Origin: Bryobacteraceae bacterium
Lineage (GTDB): Bacteria; Acidobacteriota; Terriglobia; Bryobacterales; Bryobacteraceae
Length of the DNA stretch: 64,000 bases
Direction: 5' to 3'
NCBI GenBank assembly: GCA_034408745.1
Contig: JAWXCM010000206.1
Span: 6,326 to 70,325 of the forward strand
Shown here: in pieces, positions 48,534 through 56,986 of the stretch
Position numbering within the stretch: the stretch's first letter is position 1
How the letters are laid out: every line of letters starts with the position of its first letter
The notes under the pieces: model-generated
The model's database searches: none
Seen by the model: the letters and a program-made list of their open reading frames with translations, nothing else
What the model was told of the DNA's origin: nothing
Translations under genes and position numbers: made by a program

Positions 48534-50201
48534 ATGTTCTCGTTATCATCGGAGTTGCAACGTAATTCCTGGGAGTGGTCCGCAATCGCGGTCTTGCTCA
48601 TCCTGTTGTCCGCGGCCGTCGCCTTCGAGGCATGGACCCTCGGTCCAACCGTCGATGAGCCGAGCCATATCCTCTCCTCCTGGCTCTGGTGGCACGGGCG
48701 CGACCGCCTCTACCCCCGGGACGTTCCGCCCCTCATCAAAATCGTGGGCGGGTCGGCCATCGCCACCCTCGCACTGCCCGTGCCCCCCGATCTCGGCAAA
48801 CCCGGCGATACCCGGCAGGAATGGGTCGAGGCAGCAAATCTGTTCGGCAAACTGCCCGCCCGGGAACTGCAGAGCTTCCTCTTCCGGGCCCGCATGCCGT
48901 TCGTCATCTTCCCGCTGCTCGCCACATTCGTCCTCTGGCACTGGGCCCGCGAGCGGTTCGGAGCCTTTACCGCCCTCGGCGTCGCCACCCTCTGGGCCGT
49001 CTGCCCCACCGCCCTGGGCCACTCCGCCCTATTCAAAAACGACATCGCCGCGGCAGCTACCTATCTCCTGTTCTGGTACACGGTCTCGCAGTTCTGGCGC
49101 AAACCCGGACTCCTCACCGCCGGAGCAGTCGGATGCACGGCAAGCCTCGCCATCCTCAGCAAGCTGTCCATGCTGTTCGTCCCGGCAGCCGCGCCCCTGC
49201 TGCTTTGCGCGCGCGCCATTACACTGCGCCGATTCGGCGCTAGTCTCGTCTGGCCCCTCGTTTCGCTCGCTACGGTCTGGGGAATCACCGCCGCCGCCTG
49301 GCAGTTCGATATGCATCGGGCAACCGCCGCCGACATCGCCATGCTGGCAGCCGACCACGACGTCCCTCGATGGTTCTCCACAGCCGTTCAGGCCGTCCGC
49401 GTCGTGCCCGTCCCGGAAGCCGCCTGGACCGGCGTCATCTCGCTCATCAAGGCCGATTCGCATCCCGTCCCGGTCTACATGCTCGGTCAGCTCTACCCGG
49501 AAGGCAACCAGTTCTACTTCCTCATCGCCACCGCGCTGAAAATGTCCGCGCCCGCGCTGCTCCTCTTCGTCATCGGCCTGCTTGCCGGGCCCCGGCGGCT
49601 CCAGCCAGCCGACCTGTTCTGGCTGCTCCCGGGACTCCTCTACTTCTGGCTTGCTTCGCTCTCGTCCCTGCATCTCGGCGTCAGGCTCGTCATGCCGGCT
49701 CTCGCCTTCTTCATCCTCACCGCGGGAGCCGCCATGGAACGCATCGGGCGGCGCTGGACGGCCGTCGCGCTCCTCATCGCCATCGTGCTGTCCGCACGCG
49801 TCTACCCATACGGCATCGCCTACTTCAATCCCTGGGCGGGAAAACCGGAGAACGCCCTCCAGTACCTCGCCGACAGTAATATCGACTGGGGACAGTCCCT
49901 CTCCGAAGTCGGCCGTTACGCACGAAGCCACAACATTGAGAAGCTCCACCTGGCTTACTTTGGCTTCGACAAAGCCGAACGCTACTTCGACCCCGGGCAG
50001 ATTGTGCCGCTCGCCGCGCCCTGGGACGGTAAGTCCGAAGTCGAACGCCTGGTCCCGGAGAAGGGCTGGTACGCCATCAGCGCCACACTCCTCCCCGGCC
50101 ACCTCTTCTTCCCCAGATATCGGGACTATTTCGCGGAATTTCTGCGGCGCAAACCCGAAGCCGTCGCCGGTGGGTCAATCTTCATTTACCGGATTGACTA
50201 G
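48534..50201 (+). CDS. GT39/ArnT-like (PMT_2) membrane glycosyltransferase
   Basis: 555 aa with many TM segments. The first loop carries VDEPSHILSSWLWW and ...PPLIKIVGG, which is typical of phospholipid-carrier-dependent glycosyltransferases. Confidence 0.6.
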   Translation: MFSLSSELQRNSWEWSAIAVLLILLSAAVAFEAWTLGPTVDEPSHILSSWLWWHGRDRLYPRDVPPLIKIVGGSAIATLALPVPPDLGKPGDTRQEWVEAANLFGKLPARELQSFLFRARMPFVIFPLLATFVLWHWARERFGAFTALGVATLWAVCPTALGHSALFKNDIAAAATYLLFWYTVSQFWRKPGLLTAGAVGCTASLAILSKLSMLFVPAAAPLLLCARAITLRRFGASLVWPLVSLATVWGITAAAWQFDMHRATAADIAMLAADHDVPRWFSTAVQAVRVVPVPEAAWTGVISLIKADSHPVPVYMLGQLYPEGNQFYFLIATALKMSAPALLLFVIGLLAGPRRLQPADLFWLLPGLLYFWLASLSSLHLGVRLVMPALAFFILTAGAAMERIGRRWTAVALLIAIVLSARVYPYGIAYFNPWAGKPENALQYLADSNIDWGQSLSEVGRYARSHNIEKLHLAYFGFDKAERYFDPGQIVPLAAPWDGKSEVERLVPEKGWYAISATLLPGHLFFPRYRDYFAEFLRRKPEAVAGGSIFIYRID

Positions 50202-51570
50202 CCGCCTGCTGCTCGTTGTCGTCAATGCCCATCTGCGACAGCCGGTACCGCAGAGCGTTGCGCGTGATCCCCAGCAGCCTCGCCGCCTGGCTCTTGTTGC
50301 CCACGGCCCGCCGCAGCGCTTCCCGGATGATCGACTGTTCGTACTGGTCCAGATTCATCCCCGGCGGAAGAAATCCGGAAACCACCTGCGCCTCCGACTT
50401 CTGCCGGCTCGTGTCGATCCGGATGTCGGCAGCCTCCAGAGACTCGCCGTTGCACAGCACCATGCTCCGCTCAATCACGTTCTGCAACTCGCGGACATTG
50501 CCCGGCCACTCCCACTGCAGCAGCCGGTCAATCCCCGACTGCGACAACGTGCACGGCCGGCCCAGATCGGCCGATATCCTGGCAACAAAGTGCTCGGCCA
50601 GAAACGGAATGTCCTCCTTGCGCTGCCGCAGAGGAGGAATGTTGAGCGGCAGAACGTTGAGCCGGTAGTACAGATCCTCGCGAAAGGTGCCGTTTTCCAG
50701 CGCCTGCCGGAGGTCGACATTCGTGGCGGCAATCACCCGGACATCGATGTGCCGGGTCTTGTTGCTCCCCAGCCGCTCCAGTTCCCGCTCCTGCAGAACC
50801 CGCAGCAGCTTCACCTGGATGGTCGGCGGTACATCGCCGATTTCGTCCAGCATCACCGTCCCCGTGTCGGCCTGCTCAAACTTGCCCGGCTTGTTGACAC
50901 TGGCCCCCGTGAACGCGCCCTTTTCGTATCCGAAAAGCTCGCTCTCCATCAGGTTTTCCGGCAGCGCCGTGCAGTTGATCTTGACGAACGGACGGTCCCG
51001 GCGCGGCGAGTGGTGGTGGATCGCCCTCGCAATCAGATCTTTGCCGACTCCGCTTTCGCCCGCCAGCAGCACCGTGCCCCGAGTCGGAGCCACCCGCGCA
51101 ATGGTCGCGAACACTTCCTGCATCGCCGGACTCCGGCCGACGATGTTGTCGAACTCGTAGCGGATCCCGAGCTCTTCCCGCAGCTTCTGGTTCTCCGCCC
51201 GCAATTTCCGGACTTCCAGCGCCTTCTGGACCACCGTCAGAAGGTGGTCCAGCGAGAATGGTTTGGTCACAAAGTCGGCCGCACCGGCCTTCATCGCTTC
51301 CACCGCCGTTTCAACTGAACCGAACGCCGTCATCACAATCACCGGCGTCGCCGAATTCTGCCGCCGCAGCGCCGTCAGCAGGGACAGCCCGTCCATGCCC
51401 GGCAAACGCAGGTCGGTCACAACCACGTCGGCCCGATCGGCAATCCTGAGCGCCTCTTCGGCCGAGCCCGCCTGGTCCACCTCAAACCCGGAAGACTGCA
51501 GCTGGAGCTGGAGAATCCGCCGAAGCTTGTCTTCGTCCTCCACCACCAAAACCCGCTGTGTCTGCCCCAT
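50182..51570 (-). CDS. Sigma-54-dependent response regulator (NtrC family: receiver, AAA+, Fis HTH)
   Basis: Receiver domain (VLVVEDE...DLRLPGMDG), sigma-54 AAA+ core (GESGVGKDL, GAFTGA, ...VRVIAATN) and a C-terminal HTH (NKSQAARLLGITRNALRYRL). I prefer the ATG at 51570 to the GTG at 51576. Confidence 0.85.
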   Translation of the reverse strand: MGQTQRVLVVEDEDKLRRILQLQLQSSGFEVDQAGSAEEALRIADRADVVVTDLRLPGMDGLSLLTALRRQNSATPVIVMTAFGSVETAVEAMKAGAADFVTKPFSLDHLLTVVQKALEVRKLRAENQKLREELGIRYEFDNIVGRSPAMQEVFATIARVAPTRGTVLLAGESGVGKDLIARAIHHHSPRRDRPFVKINCTALPENLMESELFGYEKGAFTGASVNKPGKFEQADTGTVMLDEIGDVPPTIQVKLLRVLQERELERLGSNKTRHIDVRVIAATNVDLRQALENGTFREDLYYRLNVLPLNIPPLRQRKEDIPFLAEHFVARISADLGRPCTLSQSGIDRLLQWEWPGNVRELQNVIERSMVLCNGESLEAADIRIDTSRQKSEAQVVSGFLPPGMNLDQYEQSIIREALRRAVGNKSQAARLLGITRNALRYRLSQMGIDDNEQQAASQSGK

Positions 51571-51757
51571 GTCCACAAGGTTCCCACAGGGCCAGGACCA
51601 AAGTCCCGCAGTAGTAAGGACAGCAGACCAGCGGCGTAGGGGAAGGTACGGGAGCCTGGACTTAGTTCTGTCCCTGGTACTAAAGGCCGCAATGGGGTAA
51701 AGTAGTGGTACCCCAGTTAATCTGTGTCTGTAAAGTGCCGGAAATACAGTACTTGCT

Positions 51758-52756
51758 GTGTTATGCCACGGCGCGGAGGCATTTGGAGGAATCGGAGATT
51801 GGTGGCATCATCGGTTCGTGAACGCAAACCGAACCGGTCCATTCCTTCTTCTCCTCACCCTTACTTCCGGAGCCGTTTCGGCCACACCTTCACTCGGTGA
51901 GGCCTCCGGGTTCAACGTCTTTGCCCTCGGCAACCTGACGCAACTCGGAGGCGACTCCGAAGGCCCTGTAGCAATCGGAGGGTCGGCGAGCCTGGCCAGC
52001 CTGGCTGTGAACGCCAGAAACGTCGACGCCCCTTACGGACTTGTCGTTGGCGGAAGCCTGCAGGCAACCGACGGAACCCTCAACGGCAACCTGGCTTACG
52101 GCAGGGCAGCGGAGCTCTCCAGCTTCACCGTGAGCGGCAAGGCTTCGCAGTCGTCGCCCATCGACTTCATATCCGCCCGGATCGATCTCGAAGCCAGGTC
52201 CGCTTACTGGGCCAGTTCGCTGTCGAGCGCCTGGCTTGGTAAAGTCACCTACTTCGACTGGGGTGGAGTCACTCTGGCAGGAACCGACCGAACCCTCAAC
52301 GTGTTCAACGTCGATGGTTCAAGGGTGCGCAGCACCCTGCATATCAGCGCCCCCGAAGGCTCCACCGTGCTGGTCAATGTGAGCGGTAAGTCGAATTCCT
52401 GGAGCGGCTTCAAAATGCAGACCTCCGGCGTCGACAAAACCCACCTGCTGTTCAACTTCTTCGAATCGACCTCGGTCGCCATCAGCTCTCTGAGCTTTCA
52501 GGGAACCCTGTTCGCACCAAAAGCCGATCTGACCCTGGAGTCCGGCAACATCGAAGGCAACACCGTGGCCAACAACGTCACCGCCACCTGGTGGAGCGGC
52601 GAGTTTCACAACCAGCCCTTCACCGGCACCATCCCGTTCGAGAGCCTCGAAAGCGGCGGCGCCCCGACCCCCGAACCCGCCACCCTGCTGGTCATCGGCG
52701 CCGGACTGATCGCAATCGCAGCGGCCGTAAAAACAAAAAAGGCGGTACAGCCGTAA
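51758..52756 (+). CDS. PEP-CTERM sorting-domain protein with a choice-of-anchor-A-like N-terminal domain
   Basis: The C-terminus PTPEPATLLVIGAGLIAIAAAVKTKKAVQP has a PEP motif, a TM helix and a basic tail. The N-terminal GFNVFALGNLTQLGGDSEGPVAIGGSASL resembles the choice-of-anchor A family. GTG start, exact position uncertain. Confidence 0.6.
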   Translation: MLCHGAEAFGGIGDWWHHRFVNANRTGPFLLLLTLTSGAVSATPSLGEASGFNVFALGNLTQLGGDSEGPVAIGGSASLASLAVNARNVDAPYGLVVGGSLQATDGTLNGNLAYGRAAELSSFTVSGKASQSSPIDFISARIDLEARSAYWASSLSSAWLGKVTYFDWGGVTLAGTDRTLNVFNVDGSRVRSTLHISAPEGSTVLVNVSGKSNSWSGFKMQTSGVDKTHLLFNFFESTSVAISSLSFQGTLFAPKADLTLESGNIEGNTVANNVTATWWSGEFHNQPFTGTIPFESLESGGAPTPEPATLLVIGAGLIAIAAAVKTKKAVQP

Positions 52757-52768
52757 GACCGTACCGCC
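52729..52768 (-). terminator. Rho-independent terminator for the BON gene, overlapping the 3' end of the convergent PEP-CTERM gene
   Basis: GGCGGTAC (52741-52748) pairs with GTACCGCC (52761-52768) around a 12-nt loop. On the minus strand TTTTTTGTTTTT follows (complement of 52729-52740). It sits 20 nt after the BON stop. Confidence 0.5.
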
Positions 52769-52787
52769 AAAGGGAAGAAGCTTTCAG

Positions 52788-53339
52788 TTAGCTCTTGCTG
52801 TCGACCTTCAAATCGTTCGTGACGCTAAACACGCCCGAGACTCCGTTAGCCCGCAGGTTGGCCATGTTGCGGTCGCCTTCATTGGCGACAAACCCTGTCA
52901 GCGTCACCTCGCCGTTCTTCACGATGATGTGAATCGGCGGGACGGGACCCCAGTTGTACCGGCTCAGCGGACCGAAGCCGTAGACGGTGCGGTACGTCGC
53001 CAGACGGATCTGGTCGTCAAAGGGCGACAGGGGCAGAACCTCAATGTTGTTGACTACTTTGGTGACGCCCTCGATCCGCTTCACAACGTTCTCGGCGTCG
53101 CTCTTCAGCGTCGGCCGGGTCACCTGGCCCATCAGGATCACCTGATCACCGTTCACCTGGAACTCCAGGTTGTCAAACACGCCGAAGTACGGCAGCATGA
53201 CCAGTTCGTGCCGGACGTCCTTCTCCAGCCCGGTGAGTCCCGCTTTGGACTGCGCCGCGCTGACAGCACCCTGAGCAAATGGCGCCAGCACCACAGCGGC
53301 GGCCAGCGTCAGGGCGAAATTCTTAAATACGTTCTTCAT
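52788..53339 (-). CDS. BON-domain protein (two BON domains, OsmY-like), secreted
   Basis: Signal peptide, then two blocks of the type FDNLEFQVNGDQVILMGQVTRPTLKSDAENVVKRIEGVTKVVNNIEV. GGAGGAG precedes the ATG. Confidence 0.8.
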   Translation of the reverse strand: MKNVFKNFALTLAAAVVLAPFAQGAVSAAQSKAGLTGLEKDVRHELVMLPYFGVFDNLEFQVNGDQVILMGQVTRPTLKSDAENVVKRIEGVTKVVNNIEVLPLSPFDDQIRLATYRTVYGFGPLSRYNWGPVPPIHIIVKNGEVTLTGFVANEGDRNMANLRANGVSGVFSVTNDLKVDSKS

Positions 53340-53488
53340 AACTCCTCCGTTTTCTGCCTTCGCACTGCTTCATTGGCAGCCACCTGTTGAGATGTGCCGG
53401 CAAGTCCACAGGGTCCGTAGTTTACAAAGTTTTACAGGTTCCTTACGCTTGTCGGAAATCGCTCATTGTGGTTAACTGAAGCCTGTCC

Positions 53489-54694
53489 GTGAACCACAAC
53501 TCACCTGACCGCTTACGTTACTGGTGGTGGCTCCGCCAGGGTCTCGACAGTTCGCTCACAGGTGTCGCGCCAGCTGGCATTCTCGGCCGCGCCGGATGGG
53601 CGCGTTCGGTTGGCGGTGCCTCACCCTACCTCACGCTGTTCTCCCGTGGCGGCTGGTCCCGGGAAGCTATCGACGCCGCGGTCGCAGCCCTCGAGATTCA
53701 TGAGTTGCCGAGCGCGCGCGGCTGTACCTGCGTCGTCCCTGCCGCCGACTACGCCCTCGCACTGCAGGCCGCCGCTCCGTTCGCCGATTCCGAGATGTCC
53801 GTGGCGCGCAAGCTCGGAGCCACGGAAGACGAAATCGAGCGTCTCTGCGAACGCGTCCTTAACGTCCTCGAAAGCGGCTCGCTCGATCCGGAAGCAATCC
53901 GCTCGGCTGCCGGCGATGCGGTGAAGAACTTCGGACCCGAAGGACAGAAGAAAGGTCTCAGCACGACGATGCCGGTCGCGCTCGGCCGCCTGCAGGTTCG
54001 TGGGCAGATCCGCCGTGTTCCGATCAATGGCCGGCTCGATCAGCAGCGCTGCCGCTACGCGCTCTGGAGCCCCGGGCCGATCGGTGAATCGCGGCTGAGT
54101 ACCGAACAAATCGGGACGGAGCTGGCTCGGCGTTATTTCCGCTGGATCGGCCCAGCGACACTGGCCGAGTTCCAGTGGTTCTCCGGGCTCGGCGTGAAGG
54201 CCGCGAAAGCGTCGCTCGCGTCGCTCGATCTGGTACCGCTGGAAGAAAGCAGCAATCGTCTGCTGTTTGCCGAGGATCGCGAGGCGCTCGCTTCGCTGAA
54301 CGTTCCGACTCAGCCGCGGTACTCTTTGATCGGTTCCCTTGACAGCATCAGTCTGTTGCGCCGGGATTTGCGAGGGCTGCTGGCCGAAGAAGATCTGGAC
54401 CGTCCGGTGATGGAGGACAATAAGGTTCGGCCTCTCGGCGGCCTGGCGGATTTGCCTTCCAACGCGATACTCGATCGTGGCCGTGTGGTCGGCTTGTGGG
54501 AATACGATCCATACGGCGACGGAGCTGTCGCATGGATGTCGTTTCAGAAGCCGGATGCCGCGATGGTGGCCGCAGTCGCGCAGACGGAAGCGTGGATTCG
54601 TGCGCAGTTGGGGGATGTGCGGTCCTTCAGTCTGGACAGTCCGAAATCCCGCGCTCCGCGCATCGCGAAGCTGCGGGAAAGGGCCGCCGGGTGA
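53489..54694 (+). CDS. Winged-helix YcaQ/AlkZ-like (DUF1006) family protein
   Basis: 401 aa. The pattern ...RYFRWIGPATLAEFQWFSGLGVKAAKASLASL... and the overall length fit the YcaQ/AlkZ-like family as I remember it. GTG start. Confidence 0.45.
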   Translation: MNHNSPDRLRYWWWLRQGLDSSLTGVAPAGILGRAGWARSVGGASPYLTLFSRGGWSREAIDAAVAALEIHELPSARGCTCVVPAADYALALQAAAPFADSEMSVARKLGATEDEIERLCERVLNVLESGSLDPEAIRSAAGDAVKNFGPEGQKKGLSTTMPVALGRLQVRGQIRRVPINGRLDQQRCRYALWSPGPIGESRLSTEQIGTELARRYFRWIGPATLAEFQWFSGLGVKAAKASLASLDLVPLEESSNRLLFAEDREALASLNVPTQPRYSLIGSLDSISLLRRDLRGLLAEEDLDRPVMEDNKVRPLGGLADLPSNAILDRGRVVGLWEYDPYGDGAVAWMSFQKPDAAMVAAVAQTEAWIRAQLGDVRSFSLDSPKSRAPRIAKLRERAAG

Positions 54695-54727
54695 GTTCGT
54701 GCGAGGTCCGGGTGCAGCCGGGGGAAA

Positions 54728-55819
54728 ATGAACGGAGTGAGTCCGGACCACGTGACGCTTTCGGAGATGCTCGACGCTTTGGAAAAGTGCGTCGACGTGC
54801 TGCTCCTCACCAATCAACGCCTTGCAGAGCGACTACAGGAATCTGAAGATCTCGACGCTATTGAAACAGAAGAAATGAAGAGGAAGAAGTCATCGGAGGG
54901 CTCGCCATTCGGCCTGTTGTTCCCGGAGCTGGAAGCGGATCGGACGCCGCAGGACTCGCTGTTCACAGCGCCGCAGGAGGAAAACCAGGAAGTGGCAGCG
55001 GATGTGAAGCGGAAGCGTGCCCCGAAACCGAAGAAGGCAGCGGAAGAGGCAGTGGCCTGCACGCCCGAGCCTGCCCCGGCCGCCGAAGTGGTCGCAGGAA
55101 CCGAGTCCGAGGAACTGGTCGCCGGGGAACCTGACGCCCCGAACGCCGCCGAAGCAGCCGCAGAACCCGAGTCCGTGGAACTGGTTGCCGAGGAACATGA
55201 GCCTGTCCTGACAGCCGACGCAGTCGCAGAGGCCGAACCAGAATCAGCGATGCCGGACTGGGTGACCGCAGAAGATGACCTGGAATTAGAACCGGTTTTG
55301 GAAGCAGGGGCCGAAGCAGAGCCGGAGCCGCCGCCACCCGAGATGCCAAAGCCGACGCTCCGTCCGGTTCTCGTGCAGCCGCCGGTGTCCAACGGAACTC
55401 GCCCCCGACACCCATTCGCCGAGTTGGGCAACGTGCCCGTACGCCCGTCAAATGTCGCCAGCGCGTCACCCCGGCCCGCGTCCGATGTACACTGGTCATT
55501 CCCGGTGGAAGAGGAAAGCAACCGGCGGCCCGAAACATTGCGCAGGCATATGGAGAAGGCCGGACTTGCCGGTGACGAACTGGCAGGTGCGCTCGGTGTC
55601 CCGGTGGCGGCCCTCAATGGTTGGCTGAGTGGAAACGTGCCCGTCCCGGCCTGGGTTTTACCCTCTGTCCGCGTGCTCGAACTGGTAACTCCTTCGGCCC
55701 GGCTGGAGGCAAGAGGTACGTTGTCGACCAACGCCGTTCAAGAAGCAGTACCCGCTCGCAAGACCGTGAGCAGCCAGCCCGGCTACCGGCATCCCTTCTC
55801 CCGAATCGAGGAACTGTAA
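54728..55819 (+). CDS. Acidic low-complexity protein with an N-terminal coiled-coil-like segment and a C-terminal HTH-like segment
   Basis: 363 aa. The N-terminus is LSEMLDALEKCVDVLLLTNQRLAERLQE. The centre is rich in E/A/P and contains a 27-nt near-repeat (55103-55129 and 55169-55195, ESEELVAGE / ESVELVAEE). The C-terminus LAGDELAGALGVPVAALNGWLSGNVPVP looks like an HTH. Confidence 0.5.
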   Translation: MNGVSPDHVTLSEMLDALEKCVDVLLLTNQRLAERLQESEDLDAIETEEMKRKKSSEGSPFGLLFPELEADRTPQDSLFTAPQEENQEVAADVKRKRAPKPKKAAEEAVACTPEPAPAAEVVAGTESEELVAGEPDAPNAAEAAAEPESVELVAEEHEPVLTADAVAEAEPESAMPDWVTAEDDLELEPVLEAGAEAEPEPPPPEMPKPTLRPVLVQPPVSNGTRPRHPFAELGNVPVRPSNVASASPRPASDVHWSFPVEEESNRRPETLRRHMEKAGLAGDELAGALGVPVAALNGWLSGNVPVPAWVLPSVRVLELVTPSARLEARGTLSTNAVQEAVPARKTVSSQPGYRHPFSRIEEL

Positions 55820-55827
55820 ACAAGCTA

Positions 55828-56556
55828 ATGAGACCCGCGAACACGAACAATCCAGGCAAACCGCGCCTTGTCATCGCCCACGGCGAAAAGGGCGGCGTCG
55901 GCAAGACGACCGTCGCCCGGGTGATCGCCGAATTTTTACGGGCACGTGAAATCAACTTCCGCGCGTTCGATGCGGAAGGCTCTACCGGGCCGCTGCTCCG
56001 CTTCCATCCCGAAGACACGATGCCGATCGACATCTCGGCGGCAGCCAGCGTCGCACCCGTTCTCGATTACCTGATGGAAGGCACCGGCAAACGGCTCGCT
56101 CTGGTGGATCTCGGCGCACGTTCCGGGGCCGATCTGAAGAGCTGGCTGTATCGGGGCGGCGCGCTGGAAGAAACGGCAGCCGGTCACCTCGGACTGACTC
56201 TGGTGTACGTCGTCGGCGGCGCAGTCGACAGCGTCGGACACCTGAAGGAATGCTACGCCGCGCTCGGGCAGGCTCCCGACTACGTGCTGGTGCGCAACCT
56301 GGGCGTGGCGAACCAGTTCGACGTCTATGACCAGTCGATGGTACGGCAGGAGATTCTGAGCAACAGCGGCCGTGAGATCACGATGCCGCCGCTGGATCAA
56401 CACGTCTATCAGTCCGTGGACCGGTCCAGCCTGCAGTTCAGCGCATTCTCTGAAAATCAGGGCGGCACGTTCAGCTACACGGAGCGCCGCTACACCAAGA
56501 CCTGGCTGCGCGAGTGCTTCGAAGCGCTCGACGAAGTCGCGCCTTTCCTTCGGTAG
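55828..56556 (+). CDS. ParA/MinD-superfamily P-loop ATPase (TraL-like)
   Basis: The ATG at 55828 was chosen because the ORF track extension overlaps the upstream gene. The deviant Walker A is HGEKGGVGKTT. At 242 aa, its block order resembles IncP TraL as I recall it (LVDLGARSG; VYVVGGAVDS; ...ITMPPLDQHVY...). Confidence 0.7.
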   Translation: MRPANTNNPGKPRLVIAHGEKGGVGKTTVARVIAEFLRAREINFRAFDAEGSTGPLLRFHPEDTMPIDISAAASVAPVLDYLMEGTGKRLALVDLGARSGADLKSWLYRGGALEETAAGHLGLTLVYVVGGAVDSVGHLKECYAALGQAPDYVLVRNLGVANQFDVYDQSMVRQEILSNSGREITMPPLDQHVYQSVDRSSLQFSAFSENQGGTFSYTERRYTKTWLRECFEALDEVAPFLR

Positions 56557-56563
56557 ACCTTAC

Positions 56564-56980
56564 TTACTGAAACTGGCCGGCCAGCACACGAGCCTGCAGG
56601 TCGGCCTCCTTCTGCGCCAGTCCGCGGACGCCCAGAACCCAGGCGCCCTTCGCGAAAACGAACAGCGGCTTGCCACCATCCTCGCCAAAGTAGCCGCCGA
56701 ATGACGGAACAAAGACCGGGCTCTTCATGCCTTTTCGAAGGTCGGACAGCGCGATAGCCGCCGCGGTGGGCGACGCCAGTTTCGCGGCGAACATGTCGTA
56801 CGCGACCTTTCCCTTCTTGTAATGCGCCAGCGTTCCGCCGGGCAGAAATGCCTTGCCCAGAATCTGCTTTGGTACTACTTCGGTGTTCACCAGATTCGTT
56901 TTCGGAAACTTGCGCGAGTCGTCGGCGCCACTGGCTGCCATCAGGCACACCAGGAAGGCAACTACAGCTTTGAGAGGCAT
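56564..56980 (-). CDS. Small secreted hypothetical protein, last gene of the radical SAM/ABC operon
   Basis: 138 aa from the ATG at 56980. Signal peptide MPLKAVVAFLVCLMAASGA. It starts 6 nt after the radical SAM stop. No family recognised. Confidence 0.5.
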   Translation of the reverse strand: MPLKAVVAFLVCLMAASGADDSRKFPKTNLVNTEVVPKQILGKAFLPGGTLAHYKKGKVAYDMFAAKLASPTAAAIALSDLRKGMKSPVFVPSFGGYFGEDGGKPLFVFAKGAWVLGVRGLAQKEADLQARVLAGQFQ

Positions 56981-56986
56981 CACCTA

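Noticed and set aside
47836-49539. 567-aa plus-strand ORF rich in Pro/Ser/Arg
   Set aside because: It runs antisense through the tRNA-Sec gene and then lies out of frame over the well-supported GT39 membrane protein (48534-50201). Its composition is typical of an off-frame read of GC-rich coding DNA. Only its first ~90 codons look protein-like, and those are reported separately.
51675-51691. Possible sigma-54 -24/-12 element TGGTAC-N6-CCGCA upstream of the PEP-CTERM gene
   Set aside because: The GG-to-GC spacing is 11 rather than 10, and the -12 box is CCGC rather than TTGC. This is too far from consensus to report.
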